This document shows positions 26,443 to 36,533 of a stretch of 64,000 bases of DNA, one piece after another (the stretch's first letter is position 1; the number at the start of each line of letters is the position of its first letter). The notes beneath the pieces are model-generated. The model was given only the letters and a program-made list of their open reading frames with translations, was not told the DNA's origin and searched no databases. Source of the DNA: Candidatus Sulfopaludibacter sp. SbA3 (GTDB lineage Bacteria; Acidobacteriota; Terriglobia; Bryobacterales; Bryobacteraceae); NCBI GenBank assembly GCA_945890485.1, contig CAMDCN010000004.1, forward strand, positions 353,813-417,812. The letters are read 5' to 3'. A program made the translations under genes and the position numbers.

Positions 26443-27408
26443 GTGGCTACCATTCTTCGCTGGGGGGTCCTCAGCACTTCTAAGTTCTTTTTAACCAAAG
26501 TCCTGCCAGCGTTGGCGAACTGCCGGACAGCACGCCTGGATGCCATCGGAACAGCACAGGTGGAACGGGCGAAAACATTAGGAATCCCCAAGGTTTTCGA
26601 TGCCTACTCCGGGGTTCTGGCCGACCCCGCCATCGATGCCGTTTATATTCCACTTCCCAACCATTTGCATGGGGAGTGGGCCATCGCCGCGGCGCGCGCC
26701 GGCAAGCATGTGCTCTGCGAAAAGCCCATCACGCTGACCACCGCGGAGGCCGAACGGCTGGCCGCTGTGCAGCAGGAGACCGGTGTCCAGATTGGCGAGG
26801 CGTTTATGGTGGCGACGCATCCGCAGTGGTTGCAGGTGCGGGAGTGGGTGAGGCAGGGAAAAATCGGGCAATTGCGGGCCATTCAGGGTTTTTTCAGCTA
26901 TACCAACGTCGATCCGAACAACATCCGCAACAAGGTGGAAGCGGGCGGCGGAGCATTGATGGATATCGGCTGCTATCCGATATTCACTTCGCGGTTCGTC
27001 AGTGAGCGGGAACCAGTTCGAGTGTTGGGGTTGGTCGAGCGCGATCCCGTTTTCGGGACCGACCGGCTCACCTCCGCAATGCTTGATTTTGGTGGACTGC
27101 AGGCAAGTTTTAGCTGTTCTACGCAACTCTTCCCCTATCAAAAGATGCATTTTTATGGGACCGAGGGGCATATCGAAGTCGAGATTCCATTTAATGCCCC
27201 TCCGGATAAGCCTAGCCGGATCTTCTTAAATGGAGTGGTCACTGAAATGCAGGTAGTGGATCAATATACTGTGGAGTTCGATGCGTTCTCCGAAGCCGTA
27301 CTCGCCGGGGAATCGGTGGCGGTGCCGGTGGCGCAGTCGATCGGGAATATGCGAGTGATCGAAGGAATCTTCCGTTCGGCGGTGGAGGGTGGTTGGGTGA
27401 CGCTGTGA
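26443..27408 (+). CDS. Gfo/Idh/MocA family oxidoreductase
   Basis: N-terminal Rossmann fold and the EKP motif (HVLCEKPI). Confidence 0.9.
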   Translation: MATILRWGVLSTSKFFLTKVLPALANCRTARLDAIGTAQVERAKTLGIPKVFDAYSGVLADPAIDAVYIPLPNHLHGEWAIAAARAGKHVLCEKPITLTTAEAERLAAVQQETGVQIGEAFMVATHPQWLQVREWVRQGKIGQLRAIQGFFSYTNVDPNNIRNKVEAGGGALMDIGCYPIFTSRFVSEREPVRVLGLVERDPVFGTDRLTSAMLDFGGLQASFSCSTQLFPYQKMHFYGTEGHIEVEIPFNAPPDKPSRIFLNGVVTEMQVVDQYTVEFDAFSEAVLAGESVAVPVAQSIGNMRVIEGIFRSAVEGGWVTL

Positions 27409-27671
27409 GCCCTAAAACAAAACTTCTTATCCTTGTTTTATGCGCGCTCCCAGGGTATGCCTTGGCGGCGTGGTTTTCCTTGTCCGTTCTGCGGATCGGC
27501 GCCATTCAGTTTGGAGTCTTTAGCGTGATCGTGGCGTGTGGATACGCATTTTGGCTCGCTGGGGCCGCACGGGAATACGCCGAGTCTCCGGAGCCATTGA
27601 CGCCAGAGGCCAAACGAGCGGGAGAAGAAGCGCTGGCGCGACTGCAGGCCAAGATGAAGAAGGAGAGGTAG
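27393..27671 (+). CDS. small hypothetical membrane protein
   Basis: Three predicted hydrophobic helices and a charged tail. An alternative GTG start at 27405 forms a GTGA overlap with the preceding stop. Confidence 0.45.
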   Translation: MGDAVSPKTKLLILVLCALPGYALAAWFSLSVLRIGAIQFGVFSVIVACGYAFWLAGAAREYAESPEPLTPEAKRAGEEALARLQAKMKKER

Positions 27672-28148
27672 TCAGTGGTCGGTTGGGGCCGCCGGACGGG
27701 CCCTAAAGTCGTAGCGCAGGTCGATACGGTCGAATCCGTGCCGGTAGCCTTCCGGCCACTCAGCGATGCGGTCAAAGCCGCAACGTTCGAAGAAGGGAGC
27801 GATGATGGGCGTGGTGTCGACTGCGACGTAGCGAGGAGCGTTTCGCGCCGCGGCGATCTTGGCGAGCCGGAACTCGAGCAGGCGCCGGCCCAACTGGCGT
27901 CCATGGTGTTCCCGGTGGACCATGCCAAAAACAAGATACGCCACGTTGGCGAACTCGGCGATCTCATAGCCACCGAACCCGATAATCTGATCATTTTCGA
28001 TCATCACGAACAGCGGGCAGGTTTCATCGCGCAATACCTGCTTCACCCACGGCTCCTCCCGTGGCGAAAAGTAGTCCGGCACATTACTGCGGAAGACGCT
28101 CAGCACGGCGTTTTGGTCAGCCGAACGATACCGGCGGAAGCGAAGCAT
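27672..28148 (-). CDS. GNAT family N-acetyltransferase
   Basis: Acetyl-CoA binding motif HREHHGRQLGRRLLE (Q/RxxGxG/A-like); 158 aa. Confidence 0.85.
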   Translation of the reverse strand: MLRFRRYRSADQNAVLSVFRSNVPDYFSPREEPWVKQVLRDETCPLFVMIENDQIIGFGGYEIAEFANVAYLVFGMVHREHHGRQLGRRLLEFRLAKIAAARNAPRYVAVDTTPIIAPFFERCGFDRIAEWPEGYRHGFDRIDLRYDFRARPAAPTDH

Positions 28149-28185
28149 CCTGCCAGCTTAATCGAACTCTCCGAGCGCCGGGGAA

Positions 28186-29370
28186 ATGGCAGAGAATAGA
28201 GCGATGTTGTCGACCAGGCGCTCGTTGTTTTGGATGGGGGCAGGAACCTTGCTGGGTCAAGCCAAACCGAAGATTAAGGACTTCACCTTGTGGCCCGTGC
28301 GGGCGACATCGAGGACTGTCTGGCTGGTGGTTCAATTACATACAGACAGTGGAATCAGCGGATGGGGAGAGGCGTCCGATGCATTCGGATTCGCCTTTAC
28401 GACGGCCGCGCAAGCCCGCGAAATGGAGCAGGCGCTGGCAACATTCGTGGGGATCATGAAAGGCCGGCCAGCGCTGGAGATCGCCCACTATCGAAAAACG
28501 GGAGAACCTTTAGCCAGAGCCGGAGGGCTGCCCGCCGCCACCGCCTATAGTGCGGTGGAGCAGGCGCTGTGGGACCTGGCCGGACAGTCCTTGGGCGTAC
28601 CCGCTCACACGCTACTTGGCGGCGCGGTCCGCGAGGCGATTCCCCTCTATGCAAACATCAACCGGGCGACGACCGATCGATCGCCCGCCGGCTTTGCCGC
28701 ATCTGCCCGGAAGGCAGTCGCCGAGGGCTACCGCGCATTGAAAGCAGCGCCGTGGGACGGCTATCCCAAAGTCACTGCCGACCACGGCACGGCCTGCACG
28801 CTGGCGATCCGGGAAGCCGTGGGGTCGTCGATCGACGTGATGGTGGATGTTCACAGCAACTTTACGGTGGCCGAGGCCGTACGGGTCGCCAGACAGTTGG
28901 AGCCCGCAAAACTGCGGTGGTACGAAGAGCCGGTAGCCCCGGCGAAGGTGGCCGAAACGGTGGCCATCGCCCGCCAGATCCGGCAGCCGATGGCTGGCGG
29001 CGAGATGCTGTTCGGGGTCGGCGGTTTTCTCCCGCTCTGCCGGGATAAAGCCGTCGCCGTGATCATGCCGGATGTGAAGCACTGCGGGGGGCTCCTGGCG
29101 ATGACGCACATCGCGGCAATGGCGGAGGCGCACGGCGTCAGCGTGGCGCCGCACAACCCAAGCGGTCCGGTAGCAACCGTGGCGACTCTGCACGCCACCG
29201 CCGGTCTCGCGAATTGCGAAATCCTGGAACTGCAGTGGGGCGAAGTGGATTGGCGGGGAGAGCTGCTAAATCCACCCGAACAGGTGACGAGGGGCCAAAT
29301 AGAAATCCCGAAGCGGCCAGGCTTCGGGATCTCATGGAACGAATCGTTAGCGAGGAAATACCGGCTTTAG
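28186..29370 (+). CDS. enolase-superfamily (mandelate racemase/galactonate dehydratase-like) enzyme with Tat-like signal peptide
   Basis: Barrel ligand motifs DVMVDVH, WYEEP, MPDVKHCGG and APHNPSGP. The N-terminal 28 aa (MLSTRRSLFWMGAGTLLGQA) precede the conserved capping domain. Confidence 0.85.
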   Translation: MAENRAMLSTRRSLFWMGAGTLLGQAKPKIKDFTLWPVRATSRTVWLVVQLHTDSGISGWGEASDAFGFAFTTAAQAREMEQALATFVGIMKGRPALEIAHYRKTGEPLARAGGLPAATAYSAVEQALWDLAGQSLGVPAHTLLGGAVREAIPLYANINRATTDRSPAGFAASARKAVAEGYRALKAAPWDGYPKVTADHGTACTLAIREAVGSSIDVMVDVHSNFTVAEAVRVARQLEPAKLRWYEEPVAPAKVAETVAIARQIRQPMAGGEMLFGVGGFLPLCRDKAVAVIMPDVKHCGGLLAMTHIAAMAEAHGVSVAPHNPSGPVATVATLHATAGLANCEILELQWGEVDWRGELLNPPEQVTRGQIEIPKRPGFGISWNESLARKYRL

Positions 29371-29372
29371 CT

Positions 29373-30500
29373 TTAGCGTTGAATACGCGCCGAACCGCCC
29401 TTGGCGAGGGCGCGAACCTGTTCGACGGTCGCCATGGTCGTGTCGCCGGGAAAGGTCGTCAGCAGAGCGCCATGGGCCCAGCCGAGGCGGACACATTCGT
29501 CCGGCTCTTCACCCGACAACATACCGTAGATCAATCCCGCCGCGAACCCATCGCCACCACCAACGCGATCCACCACATCAAGCTCGCAAGTGGGCGAAAC
29601 GTAGGTTTTGCCATCGATCCAGGCTACCGCGCCCCAACTATGACGATTGGTGGAATGCACTTCGCGCAGAGTGGTCGCGACGACCTTGATCTGTGGATGT
29701 TGAGCGCGAACGCGATCAATCATGCCGAAAAACGCCGACGGGTCCAGCTTCGATGAAGCCGCCACTTCCGGACCGGGAATGCCGAGGCCCAGTTGCAGGT
29801 CCTCCTCATTGCCGATCAGCACATCAACATTCTTCACAATACGGCTGATGACCTCAAGGGCACGCTCGTGCCCGCCGAGAATGTTCCAGAGCTTGGCGCG
29901 ATAGTTCAAGTCGAGCGATACGATGGCGCCTGCTTTCTTGGCCGCAACCATCCCTTCGATGATCAGTTCCGGTGTCGACTTGGACAGTGCCGCGAAGATA
30001 CCACCGCTGTGGAACCAACGGACGCCCCCAGCAAAAATTTTCTCCCAGTCAAAGTCACCCGGCTGCAGTTGCGCGGCAGCTTCGTTTGACCGGTTGTAGA
30101 ATACGACCGGAGCTCGCATGCCTTGGCCGCGATCACTGTACACCGTGGCCATGTTGGGGCCATGTACGCCGTCATGTTTAAAGCGCTTATAGAATGCCTT
30201 TACGCCCATCGCCTTCACGCGCTCGGCGATCAGCTCACCAATGGGATATTCCACCATGGCGGACACGACGCCGGTGTGAAGCCCGAAGCAGTCTGCCAGG
30301 TTCGCGGCGACGTTGAACTCGCCTCCGCTGACATGAATGTGGCACTCCGTAGCTTTACGGAAGGGGATGACACCAGGGTCAAGGCGATTAATCAGGGCGC
30401 CAAGTGCAACGAAGTCCAGCGCGCCGTCTGGACGAATGGAAAGACCGTATTTCATAGACGTCCAATTAGTGTATAACGGCCGGCTCTCGCCGGCCGCCAT
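29373..30500 (-). CDS. PfkB family sugar kinase (2-dehydro-3-deoxygluconokinase-like)
   Basis: PfkB signatures, including C-terminal VVDRVGGGDGFAAGLIYG. The start could be the internal ATG at 30455. Confidence 0.85.
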   Translation of the reverse strand: MAAGESRPLYTNWTSMKYGLSIRPDGALDFVALGALINRLDPGVIPFRKATECHIHVSGGEFNVAANLADCFGLHTGVVSAMVEYPIGELIAERVKAMGVKAFYKRFKHDGVHGPNMATVYSDRGQGMRAPVVFYNRSNEAAAQLQPGDFDWEKIFAGGVRWFHSGGIFAALSKSTPELIIEGMVAAKKAGAIVSLDLNYRAKLWNILGGHERALEVISRIVKNVDVLIGNEEDLQLGLGIPGPEVAASSKLDPSAFFGMIDRVRAQHPQIKVVATTLREVHSTNRHSWGAVAWIDGKTYVSPTCELDVVDRVGGGDGFAAGLIYGMLSGEEPDECVRLGWAHGALLTTFPGDTTMATVEQVRALAKGGSARIQR

Positions 30501-30521
30501 ATTCCAAGAAACACTCAGAGC

Positions 30522-33500
30522 CTAGCGAACCGCGATCGTCGTCTGGATCGGAGTCCCGCCACCCCGGTTGGAGTTGCTCGGGATTCCTTGGTGCAAAATG
30601 GCGACAACGATGCTGTTGCCAGGTGGCACCGACTCCGGAACCTTCACGTTAAGCTGCCAGACACCCACAAAACCGGGAGCGAGCCCCGAAAACTGCACTT
30701 CGGCGTCAGTCGTGTTGATGATGACGCGAGGGCGGGACGGGGTCGAAATCAAGCGGTCTGAAGGAGCGGGTACACCATCTTCGGGCGCGTCGGGCAGGAA
30801 GCCCTGACCGGTAGCGTAGAGCTGAATTACGCGGCCACGGCCGACGGGATTCGTTGTGGAATTGATGCTGTTGTCTTCATTCAACGCGGCAATCTGCCCG
30901 CGCCCGTTTTGCGTGGTGGTAAAGAATCCAGGCGTCGCTACCGCAGCCGGTAACGTAGAACTCGCCAGAATCTGCCCGGTAGACTGTTTCTGCACGAGCA
31001 CGTCGATCGACCCGGATGTAGGCGTGCTCATCGGCACGTAGAAGTTGATGATAGTCGGCGACAAATAGTAGATGGGCGACGGCACTCCGTTAACCAGTAC
31101 CTCGACGTCATCGAGCACCTTGGGAATGGGAACGGTGGAGAAGGTTAACGTCTCTTCCGTAAACCGGATCCCCAGCGGCGCCATCGTCGCCACCAGTCCG
31201 GGCGAAAGATCGCGGTCGAGATAGTGCGCCGCACTGATTGCCACCAGACGGGCATAGTGGAAGGCCAAGCGGTTCGTCCCATCGGCAACCACCAGATTGT
31301 CGAACGGATCCAGGGCCAGCGCCACCGGCAGCGGAGAGTCGAGTCGATAGTTGGCAAGCGGATTGAAGATCAATACGTCAAAGCGCGGATATCGAATCAA
31401 TCGATTGTTCTGGCCATCGGCAACCCAAATGTCACCCGTGCGCTCACTCACCGTAATGCCCTGCGGATTTCGCAAACCATCGTTTGCCGTGAGAGTGGAT
31501 CGTAGGACCAGCACCGGGGCCGGATCGTTTGCTGCGGCCGTCACCCGATCAAAGATTACAATCCGGCTCTTGCCCATATCGCAAACGTAGACGCGATCAT
31601 CGGTATCCATGGCCAAGTGGCCGGGCACGTTGAAGCGGTTGTCCCCCTCCGGTGTGCTCTGAGAGATGAAGTCCCGTTGGCCGAATACGGTGTCTGCCGC
31701 TTGCCCATTCGAGAAATCGCCGCCCGCCGGACGACGGAAATAGAGCAGGCGATTCAAGGACGAGTCCGACACAATCAAATGACCGTCGATCGTCAAGGCA
31801 ACCCCGTAAGGCGACCGCATGTTGTTGCGAGTCGGGTCGGTGAGTTTAATGTTGAAGCCGCTCTGACCGATCACCAGGCTGGCCCGTTGCTGACGGTCCC
31901 TCGGCTGATCAAACGGGCGCGCAAAGCGGAGAACCCGGCCGTTGCCGGTGTCGGAGACCCAAAGATTTCCTTGCGCATCCGTGATCACGCCGGTCGGATT
32001 AAACAGGCCGGTATCGTTCTGGACGTCAGGATCATTGGCCGGCGAATTGACCACCGCCGAAAACCGATCCACCTGGCCAATAATGATGTCCGCCAGATCG
32101 CCGGGTTTCACCGTGAGCGCGTTTGCAAACCCGAGAATTCGATTGTTCCCGGAATCCGCCACATAGAGACGGGGAGGATTGCTGGTTCGGTCAATCGTCA
32201 CGCCGCCGCTCAGAACGGCCCGGCCACCGCCATTAGGCAGTTCCTGCAGACCCGTCATGGTGAACATCTCTCGGCCCTCGATCAGGTTGCGAGAGTTAAA
32301 AGTCATAGCCAATTGGCCTTGGACGCGGGACGCCGCCTGCAGATTATTGCTGCTGATTGGGATGATCAATAGCCGATTGTTCGACGTATCGCAAAGGTAA
32401 ACATCAGTACCCGTTACCGCCGCCGCAGTGGGACGGAAGAAGGATGCGTCCGTGGCCGACCGTCCCCCCCGGTTCGCGCGAAAACTGAGCAGATCCGGCT
32501 GGCCGAAGACCGCCCGGGCCGGCGGCGACGGAACCAGTTGCGTCTCTTCTGCCCAGGAGTCGTACGGGTCATAGCGCACAATCCGATTCACCAGCGTATC
32601 CACAACAAACAGGGAATTGTTAGCAATAAACAATCCGTCTGGAACCTCCAGCGAATACTCGTTCACGGGAGGACGAGCGGGTTGCCCCTGGACGTTGACG
32701 ACTACGCCGGCTACCCGCGTCGCGGCCATTCCAGTTCGCAACTGCCCGGCAAAAACGAGAACCCGTCCGACCTGGTCGCCGACAAACAGGCGCCCGCCGC
32801 TATCGAGCGCAAGAGAGCCCGGGAAGCGTAGACCGCCTTTGTGAAGCGGTCCCAACTGATTGAGATCAAAAGTATTTCGAGAGGTGAAGTCGGCTTGACC
32901 GAGAACCAGGTCCGCCTCCGGGTTATTCGCGGCGCCGTCCCCCAAAACCGAAGCGGGATAGCGCAGCACGCGATGGTTACCCGGATCGGTTACCCAAAGA
33001 TTTCCTTGTGGATCGAACAGCAGCGCTACCCGGTAGCTGGCGTTGTCCCGAACAAACGCGAGCGTCTTCGCCGAGGCATTCAATTCGTTCTGATTTGGAA
33101 TATTCGAAGTGAAATTCGACTGACCGATCACGAGATTCGGCTGGATCAAATCGCCCGTTTGTTGCGATGGCCGCGGAAAGCGCAGGATCCGATTGTTCCC
33201 GGAATCGGCTACATATAAATTGCCGCTACGATCCACCGCCAACCCCGTTGGCGACCGAAAGCCAATCGAAATTGAGGTCCCGGGCCCACCAGGAAAGGTT
33301 GTTACCAAGTCCCGCTGACCGACCACGCCGTCGGCCATCTGACCATCGGCAGCCTTGGCGTTTCGCCAAAAAAGAATACGATTGTTCCCGGTATCCGAGA
33401 CATAGGTGATCGGCAAAATACCGGTGGTATCGAGAGCCACTCCGCTGGGAGAGTTCAACTCCCGGCCCTCAACAAGGTTCGCCTCATTGGTATTCAAGGT

Positions 33501-33629
33501 CTGGCGGGCATGGCCGTATGTACGTGCTGGAATGGGGCTCAATTCGACCGGGATTTGTGCCTGCAGAGGCATGGAGGCAATAGCCAGCGTACCCAGGACG
33601 GCCAGTCTAAAAGGATTCAAAGATTTCAT
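30522..33629 (-). CDS. NHL-repeat (six-bladed propeller x several) secreted protein with C-terminal Ig-like Solibacter-type domain
   Basis: Signal peptide and more than 12 repeats of the D-x-G-N-x-R-I/V-L-R/Y-F NHL type. The C-terminal about 200 aa look like the TIGR03437-type uncharacterised domain (PGFVGVWQLNVKVP). Confidence 0.85.
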   Translation of the reverse strand: MKSLNPFRLAVLGTLAIASMPLQAQIPVELSPIPARTYGHARQTLNTNEANLVEGRELNSPSGVALDTTGILPITYVSDTGNNRILFWRNAKAADGQMADGVVGQRDLVTTFPGGPGTSISIGFRSPTGLAVDRSGNLYVADSGNNRILRFPRPSQQTGDLIQPNLVIGQSNFTSNIPNQNELNASAKTLAFVRDNASYRVALLFDPQGNLWVTDPGNHRVLRYPASVLGDGAANNPEADLVLGQADFTSRNTFDLNQLGPLHKGGLRFPGSLALDSGGRLFVGDQVGRVLVFAGQLRTGMAATRVAGVVVNVQGQPARPPVNEYSLEVPDGLFIANNSLFVVDTLVNRIVRYDPYDSWAEETQLVPSPPARAVFGQPDLLSFRANRGGRSATDASFFRPTAAAVTGTDVYLCDTSNNRLLIIPISSNNLQAASRVQGQLAMTFNSRNLIEGREMFTMTGLQELPNGGGRAVLSGGVTIDRTSNPPRLYVADSGNNRILGFANALTVKPGDLADIIIGQVDRFSAVVNSPANDPDVQNDTGLFNPTGVITDAQGNLWVSDTGNGRVLRFARPFDQPRDRQQRASLVIGQSGFNIKLTDPTRNNMRSPYGVALTIDGHLIVSDSSLNRLLYFRRPAGGDFSNGQAADTVFGQRDFISQSTPEGDNRFNVPGHLAMDTDDRVYVCDMGKSRIVIFDRVTAAANDPAPVLVLRSTLTANDGLRNPQGITVSERTGDIWVADGQNNRLIRYPRFDVLIFNPLANYRLDSPLPVALALDPFDNLVVADGTNRLAFHYARLVAISAAHYLDRDLSPGLVATMAPLGIRFTEETLTFSTVPIPKVLDDVEVLVNGVPSPIYYLSPTIINFYVPMSTPTSGSIDVLVQKQSTGQILASSTLPAAVATPGFFTTTQNGRGQIAALNEDNSINSTTNPVGRGRVIQLYATGQGFLPDAPEDGVPAPSDRLISTPSRPRVIINTTDAEVQFSGLAPGFVGVWQLNVKVPESVPPGNSIVVAILHQGIPSNSNRGGGTPIQTTIAVR

Positions 33630-33854
33630 AGGATTCTCTACAGGGCGTGCGGGAAGCGCCAGGATTGGGCCAGCGGAAGTTCACCTTGCGGGACGATTGA
33701 AAGGAGCGAAACCGTCTCGTTCCCCTAATCGCATATCGGCAGTTTGAGGATAGCACTTCAGATGGAGTGAAAGAAATGGGGTCACTTTCTCTGCGGATTT
33801 CTTTTACACAGTACACCGTATCGTCCCTTCGCTATCATCTAGAAAGACAGAATC

Positions 33855-34631
33855 ATGGAATTGCATAAGCCCCGCGTTGCCGCGGTTAGCTACCTAAACA
33901 CAGTGCCGCTAGTCTGGGGCATGCTGCACGGTCCTCAGCGGGGTCTCGCCGACCTCTCTTTTTGCCTCCCTTCGGAGTGTGCTGACCGTCTACGGGCCGG
34001 CACGGTCGACATCGGATTGATTCCGGTCATCGAGGCGGCCCGCCAAAACTTACCTGCCGTACCCGGAACCGGCATCGCCTGCGAGGGTGCAGTGCGCAGC
34101 ATCCTTCTCTTTACGAATACCCACTGGAAGGATGTCCGCCGGGTTGCCGTGGACAATGGCTCCCGAACGTCGGTCATGCTCACCCGCATCATTCTTCGGG
34201 AACGGTTCGGCATTGAACCAGAACTGATCGTCATGCGGCCCCAGCTCGCCCCGATGCTCGCCGAAGCTGATGCCGCCCTGCTGATCGGGGACGCCGCCCT
34301 CCGCGTCCAGCCCGAACTGCATCCCTATGAGTACCTCGACCTCGGCGCCGCGTGGACGGATCTCACCGGCCTCCCCATGGTCTTCGCACGTTGGGCAGGG
34401 CCCAAACTCTCCCCTGATTCCGCCGCCCTCTTCGATGGGTCCTGGCAGTACGGGCAGCAACGACTGCCCGAGATCATTGATCATCAATCCGATCGCCGCG
34501 GACTTCCCCGCAACCTGATCCGGGACTACCTCACCAACCACATTCGATTCACCATCGGGCCACGCGAATTGGAGGGCCTCGAAACTTATCTTAGTCTGGC
34601 AGCCACCCTGGAGCCCGCTCTCACAATATGA
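33855..34631 (+). CDS. mqnA: chorismate dehydratase (futalosine pathway)
   Basis: VSYLNTVPLVWG N-terminus and a periplasmic-binding-protein-like fold, typical of MqnA. It is followed by a radical SAM Mqn enzyme with a 4-nt overlap. Confidence 0.85.
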   Translation: MELHKPRVAAVSYLNTVPLVWGMLHGPQRGLADLSFCLPSECADRLRAGTVDIGLIPVIEAARQNLPAVPGTGIACEGAVRSILLFTNTHWKDVRRVAVDNGSRTSVMLTRIILRERFGIEPELIVMRPQLAPMLAEADAALLIGDAALRVQPELHPYEYLDLGAAWTDLTGLPMVFARWAGPKLSPDSAALFDGSWQYGQQRLPEIIDHQSDRRGLPRNLIRDYLTNHIRFTIGPRELEGLETYLSLAATLEPALTI

Positions 34632-35668
34632 GTAACCGAATCTCCCCAGAACAAGCCCTCGAGCTTTTCTCTGACACCGACCTCATCGGCCTCGGCATGG
34701 CCGCCGACGCCGAACGCCGCCGCCACCATCCCCACAACGTCGCGTCCTACATCATCGACCGAAACATCAATTACACCAACGTCTGTACCGAATATTGCAG
34801 TTTCTGCGCGTTCTATCGCGCCAAAGGGCACGCCGAAGCCTACGTCCATCCCCACGAAGTGATCTTCTCGAAAATTCAGGAGACTCTCGACGTCGGCGGC
34901 ACCGGCGTCCTCATGCAGGGCGGACTCCATCCGGACCTTCCGATCGAGTGGTACGAAGATTTGTTCCTTTCGATCAAGCAGCGGTTCAAAATCCATCTTC
35001 ATGTCCTATCGGCCCCGGAGATCCTGAACATAGCGCAGATCAGCGGCTTATCGCTTCACGACACCATCGCCCGGCTGCGCGACGCGGGTATGGACTCCAT
35101 CCCCGGAGCCGGGGCCGAAATCCTCCATGATGAGGTCCGCCATCGGATCGCTCGCCTGAAGTGCAACACCGAAGAGTGGCTGAACGTCCATCGAACGGCG
35201 CATGAACTTGGCGTCCGCACCACCGCTACGATGATGTGGGGGTGCGGCGAAACCATCGCCCACCGCGTGCACCATCTTAATGTGCTCCGCCAGCTGCAGG
35301 ACGAGACCGGCGGCTTCACTGCATTCATTCCGTGGAGCTTCCAGCGCGATAACACCTCCCTCGGCCGATTCGTGAAGGAAGAGGCCACGAGTGTTGAGTT
35401 CCTCCGCACCCTCGCAGTTTGCCGCCTCTTCCTCGACAACGTCACCAATATCCAAACCTCCTGGGTTACCCAAGGCTTAAAGGTGTGCCAACTCGGCTTG
35501 CGCTTCGGCGGAAACGACGTTGGCAGCATTATGCTCGAAGAGAACGTCGTCTCCCAGGCCGGCGCGAATTTCCATGCCTCCGAAGAGGACCTCCGCCGCA
35601 TCATCCGCGACGCCGGATTCGTCCCCAAGCAACGGGATACGCTCTACCGCACCTACTTTTTGAACTGA
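34628..35668 (+). CDS. radical SAM menaquinone biosynthesis enzyme, MqnC/MqnE (CofH-like) family
   Basis: NINYTNVCTEYCSFCAFYR CxxxCxxC cluster motif; 346 aa. I cannot discriminate MqnC from MqnE by eye. Confidence 0.85.
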   Translation: MSNRISPEQALELFSDTDLIGLGMAADAERRRHHPHNVASYIIDRNINYTNVCTEYCSFCAFYRAKGHAEAYVHPHEVIFSKIQETLDVGGTGVLMQGGLHPDLPIEWYEDLFLSIKQRFKIHLHVLSAPEILNIAQISGLSLHDTIARLRDAGMDSIPGAGAEILHDEVRHRIARLKCNTEEWLNVHRTAHELGVRTTATMMWGCGETIAHRVHHLNVLRQLQDETGGFTAFIPWSFQRDNTSLGRFVKEEATSVEFLRTLAVCRLFLDNVTNIQTSWVTQGLKVCQLGLRFGGNDVGSIMLEENVVSQAGANFHASEEDLRRIIRDAGFVPKQRDTLYRTYFLN

Positions 35669-36528
35669 GCGATCCAATCGTGCGTAGCGCCCCAGTCGAG
35701 AAGTCCGCCGGTCGCTCCGGCCTGGCGGACACTGAGCGCCCCCACGGCATTGCCGAACTGGGCGGCGCTTAACAGATCCTCTCCGCGGGCGCGAGCCGCC
35801 AGCAGGCCGCCGCAAAAGCAATCCCCCGCTCCGGTGGAATCCACCGCTTCCACCGGATACCGCGATACACGCTGACCGTTCACCACACATCCTTCGCCAC
35901 CCTGTTTCACAATTACCGGACAGGGATATGGTCCCGGCACGTGGGCAGCCTCCACATCATTGGCAATCAATAGGTCGAGCAAGGATAGACACGGATAAAC
36001 GATCTCGCCCCATTCGCCCAGCCGGTCCCAGCCCAAATCCATCGAAGTTCCCATCCCGTGCGTTCTGGCCTCCCGCAACAGATCCGCCGCATGGCGCCGG
36101 ACAAAGGGCAGAGCAAATGGATTCGCGATATGAAGGTGCTCAAACCCGGGCGGGAGGGAAAACGAAGCGTCCGCATTCACGCCGGGATGATGGAATAGCT
36201 GGCGTCGTCCATCCGGATGGAAAAGCCCGAGCGTCGCCGCGGTTGCGCCCTGCAGGACCTGCAGATACTGGCAATCGACACCCGCTTCCAGCAACCGTTC
36301 CTCCAGCAATCGGCCCGGTGCGTCATCACCGCGGGCACTTAACAATACCACGCGATGCGGCGTCCCCTGAGTAAGCCGGCCAAACGTATAGGCGGTTGTG
36401 CCACCATTGCCGCCCAGTCCGGCCGCCATCCCATCCACCCAGCGCGTCGTGTCCCACTCCAGATGCTCAACAGGCCCCGCCAAGCTATCCCAGACCAAGC
36501 TACCTAGCACCAGGACTCGCATGGCCAA
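35653..36528 (-). CDS. PfkB family carbohydrate kinase
   Basis: GGNGG near the N-terminus and DSTGAGDCFCGGLLAA near the C-terminus. It is last in the DAHP synthase gene string. Confidence 0.85.
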   Translation of the reverse strand: MAMRVLVLGSLVWDSLAGPVEHLEWDTTRWVDGMAAGLGGNGGTTAYTFGRLTQGTPHRVVLLSARGDDAPGRLLEERLLEAGVDCQYLQVLQGATAATLGLFHPDGRRQLFHHPGVNADASFSLPPGFEHLHIANPFALPFVRRHAADLLREARTHGMGTSMDLGWDRLGEWGEIVYPCLSLLDLLIANDVEAAHVPGPYPCPVIVKQGGEGCVVNGQRVSRYPVEAVDSTGAGDCFCGGLLAARARGEDLLSAAQFGNAVGALSVRQAGATGGLLDWGATHDWIAQFKK

Positions 36529-36533
36529 CGTGT

